A DNA stretch of 64,000 nucleotides, taken from contig NC_086097.1 of assembly GCF_963921235.1 (NCBI RefSeq), forward strand, positions 244,034,001 through 244,098,000, read 5' to 3'. Below, piece after piece: positions 60,161 to 64,000 of this stretch (the stretch's first letter is position 1; the number at the start of each line of letters is the position of its first letter). Position numbers and translations under genes: made by a program. Origin of the DNA: Mobula hypostoma. Taxonomy: Eukaryota. The notes beneath the pieces were generated by a model. It was not told the DNA's origin. It saw nothing but the letters and a program-made list of their open reading frames with translations, and searched no databases.

Positions 60161-60865
60161 CTAATGGAGCCGACTCGATGGGTCAAATGACCTAATTCGA
60201 TTTCTATATCTTATAGTCTTAAATTTTCTGCTGGTAAGATACTCTATTATAATTACAATGTTTACTTATTTCCTCCAATACAATTTATATTCTTGCAGAG
60301 AACCCTGAAGATTATTCTTTGCAACTGTGGCATTTTGTCCTTTTAATCTAAACAAGAGAGCATGCAACAATTTCCACGTTCAAAGTTCAAAGTAAATTTA
60401 TTATTTAACTACCTATATGTCACCATACACAACTCTGAGATTTGTTTTCTTCTGGGCATACTCAACAAAATCTAAGAACCATAATAGGTTCAATGAAAGA
60501 CCACAGCCAGCAGGGCAGACAGACAACCTCTGTGCAAAAGACAAAAATCTTTGCAAATACAAAAGAAAAAAAAATAAAATATAAGCAATTACATGAGATG
60601 AAGAGTCCTTGAAAGTGAGTCCAAGGGTTGTGGGAACATTTCAGTGATGGGGCAAATGAAGTTGGGTGAAGTTATCTCCACTGGTTCAAGAACCTGAGAG
60701 CTGAGGGGTGATCATTTTTCCTGAACCTGGTGATGTGGGTCCTGAGGCTGCTAAACCTTCTTCCTGTTGGCAGCAGTGAGAAGAGAGCATGATCTGGGTG
60801 GCAGGGGTCCCTGATGATGGATGCTGCTTTCCTGTGACAGTGCTCCATGTAAATATGTCTTCATT

Positions 60866-63800
60866 AGACAAAGACAAAGGAGCAGAAGTAGGCCATTCGG
60901 CCCATCGAGTCTGCTCCGCAGCTCCCCCATGAGCTAAACTATTCACCCATCTCGTTCCAAGTTCCGGCTTTTTCCCCATATCCCTTGATACCCTGACTAA
61001 TTAGGTACCTGTCAATCTTAAACAGCCTCAATGATCGGGCCTCCACAGCTGTATGTGGCAACGAATTCCACAAATCCACGACCCTCTGGCTAAAAAAATT
61101 TCTCCTCATCTCTGTTTTAACTGGGTACCCTCTAATTCTAAGACTATGGCCTCTTGTCCTGGACTCACCCACCAAGGGAAACAACCTTTCCACATCTACT
61201 CTGTCCAACCCTTTCAACATTCAAAATGTTTCTATGAGATCCCCTCTCATTCTTCGATACTCTAATGAATACAATCCAAGAGCCGACAAACGCTCCTCAT
61301 ATGTTAGCCCCAGCATTCCAGGAATCATCCTCGTAAATCTTCTCTGAACTCTCTCCAACATCAGTACATCCTTTCTAAGATAGGGGGCCCAAAACTGCAC
61401 ACAGTATTCCAAATGAGGTCTCACTAATGCCCCATAGAGCCTCATCAACACCTCCTTACTCTTATACACTATTCCTCTTGAAATGAATGCCAACATAGCA
61501 TTCACTTTCCTTACCGCCGATCCAACTTGGTGGTTAACCTTTAGGTTATCCTGCACGAGGACCCCCAAGTCCCTTTGCACTTCCGATTTTTGAATTTCCT
61601 CCCCATCTAAATAATAATCTTCCTGATTATTTCTTCTTCCGAAACGTACAACCGTACATTTATCAACGTTGTATCTCATCTGCCATTTCTTTGCCCACTC
61701 TCCTAAACTGACTAAGTCTCTCTACAACCTTTCCGTTTCTTCAACATTTCATGCTCCTCCACCTATCTTGGTGTCATCCGCAAACTTAGCCACAAAACCA
61801 TTTAATCCATAATCCAAATCATCGATATACATTGTAAAAAGAAGCGGCCCCAACACCGACCCCTGCAGAACACCACTAGTAACCAGCAACCAATCAGAAT
61901 AGGATCCCTTTATTCCCACCCTTTGCTTTCTGCCTATCAGCCAATGCTCCACCCATTTCAATATCTTTCCTATAATTCCATGGCTCTCATCTTATTCAGC
62001 AGGCTCACATGCGGCACCTTATCGAAGGCCTTTTGAAAATCCAAATACACAACATCCACAGTCTCTCCCTTATCAATCTTATTCGAAATTACCTCAAAAA
62101 ATTCCAATAGGTTGGTGAGGCAGGATCTTCCCTTCATGAAATCATGCTGGCTTTGGCCTATCTTGTCATGCACCTTGAGGTATTTCATAACCTCATCCTT
62201 GAGGATTGACTCCAATATCTTTCCAACTACCGATGTCAGACTAATAGGTCTGTAATTTTCTTTTTGCTGCCTCCTTCCTTTCTTAAATAGCGGAACTACA
62301 TTTGTGACCTTCCAATCCTCTGGAACCATGCCAGAGACTGTTGATTCCTGGAAGATCATTTCCAATGCTTCCACAATCTCCAAAGCCACCTCCTTCAGAA
62401 CCCTTGGGTGCACCTCATCCGGACCAGGAGACTTATCTATTTTTAGTCCACTTAGCTTCCCAAGCACTTTCTCTCCAGTAATCTTGACTGTACCTAATTC
62501 TATTCCCTGATACCTCTGGCTATCAGGTATATTGCTCATGTCTTCCACTGTGAAGACTGATGCAAAATACTCATTCAGTTCCTCCGCCATCTCTTTGTTA
62601 TCCATTATAATTACTCCAGCATCATTTTCAATCGGTCCCGTATCTACCCTTGTCACTCTTTTACTCTTCATATATTTAAAAAAACTCTTAGTATCCTTTT
62701 TTATGTTAATCGCCAACTTCCTTTCATAATTCATCTTTTCTTTCCTAATGACTTTCTTAGTTTCCTTCTGTAAGTTTTTAAAAGTCTTCTAGTCCTCATT
62801 TTTCCCACTAATTTTTGCTTCCTTGTACGCCGTTTCTTTTGCTTTTATTTTTGCCTTAACCTCTCTCGTTAGCCACATTTGTGCCATTTTTCCATTCATG
62901 ATTTTCTTTTTTCTTGGAATATATTTTTCCTGCATTTTCCTCATTTCTTGTAGGAATTTCATCCAATTCTGCTCTGCCGTCCCTCCATTTAGCTTACTTT
63001 TCCAATCGACTTGGGCCAGTTCCTCTCTCATACCACTGTAATTTCCCCTGTTCCACTGAAATATCTATACACCTGATACCAGCTTCTCCTTTTCAAATTT
63101 GAAACTGAACTCAATCATATTATGATCACTACTTCCAAGGGGTTCCTTTATCTCCAGCTCCCTAATCGCCTCAGGTTCGTTACGCAGCACCCAATCCAAA
63201 ACAGCCGGTCCTCTGCTGGGCTTCTGGACAAGTTGCTCCAAAAAGCCATCCTGTAGGCATTCTACAAACTCCTTCTCAATAGACAATAGACAATAGGTGC
63301 AGGAGTAGGCCATTCGGCCCTTCGAGCCAGCACCGCCATTCACTGTGATCATGGCTGATCATCCACTATCAGTATCCAGTTCCTGCCTTATCCCCATAAC
63401 CTTTGATTCTGCTATCTTTAAGAGCTCTATCCATCGCTTTCTTGAAAGCATCCAGAGATTTGGCCTCCACAGCCTTCTGGGACAGAGCATTCCATATATC
63501 CACCACTCTCTGGGTGAAAATGTTTTTCCTCAACTCCGTTCTAAATGGCCTACCCCTAGTTCTTAAACTGTGGCCTCTGGTTCTGGACTCACCCATCAGC
63601 AGGAACATGCTTCCTGCCTGCAGCGTGTCCAATCCCTTAATAATCTTATATATTTCAATAAGATCCCCTCTCAGCCTTCTAAATTCCAGAGTATACAAGC
63701 CCTGAGATCCAGTACCTTCCTGACTTTCCCAATCCACTTTCATATTAAAATCCCCCATAATTATCTTGACGTTTTCCTTCTGACACGCTTTTTCTATTTC

Positions 63801-64000
63801 CAGCTGCAACTTGTAGTCCACATCCCAGCTGCTGTTTGGAGGCCTGTATATAACTGCTATTAGTGTCTTTTTACCCTTGCCATTTCTTAATTCTACCCAT
63901 AAGGATTCTACCTCTTCTGATCCTATGTCCCTTCTTTCTATTGATTTGATATTGTTACTTACCATCAGGGCCACGCCACCCCCTTTACCTACCTTCCTAT
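60866..64000 (-). mobile_element. near-complete CR1 ORF2 + 3'UTR running off the window, with a nested CR1 3' fragment ~63277-63700
   Basis: ORFs 63369-63974 (ESLWVEL..YRPP..MGDFN), 63065-63352 (GSSDHN), 62789-63031, 61970-62734, 61749-61961, 61221-61679, 60939-61220. Confidence 0.95.

Noticed and set aside
63369..63974. Novel endonuclease/RT C-terminal fusion protein
   Set aside because: Chance in-frame junction from a CR1 3' fragment nested in another CR1

Overview
Eukaryotic genomic DNA that is mostly repeats. The repeat families and their microsatellite tails suggest a cartilaginous fish, probably a batoid ray (inference). The window is a nested mosaic of decayed CR1 LINEs, Rex1/Babar LINE 3' ends, Penelope-like (RT + GIY-YIG) remnants, non-autonomous RTE-derived elements, tRNA-derived CORE-like and V-SINEs, solo LTRs and PIF/Harbinger, hAT and Tc1-like MITEs. 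Nearly all ORFs in the track are retroelement fragments or antisense artefacts. No known host gene was recognised; a few unique islands carry low-confidence candidate exons on both strands. The most notable signal is catalytic RNA inside retroelements. (1) A complete HDV-like nested double-pseudoknot ribozyme (8248-8430, minus) has its predicted cleavage site 3 nt from the 5' end of a TSD-flanked non-autonomous RTE-type element; there is a decayed paralog and a second family with a similar fold. (2) Minimal type-I hammerhead motifs occur in Penelope-like terminal repeats, including a 197-bp palindrome carrying one hammerhead core on each strand. Repeat boundaries are approximate unless TSD or TIR coordinates are given.
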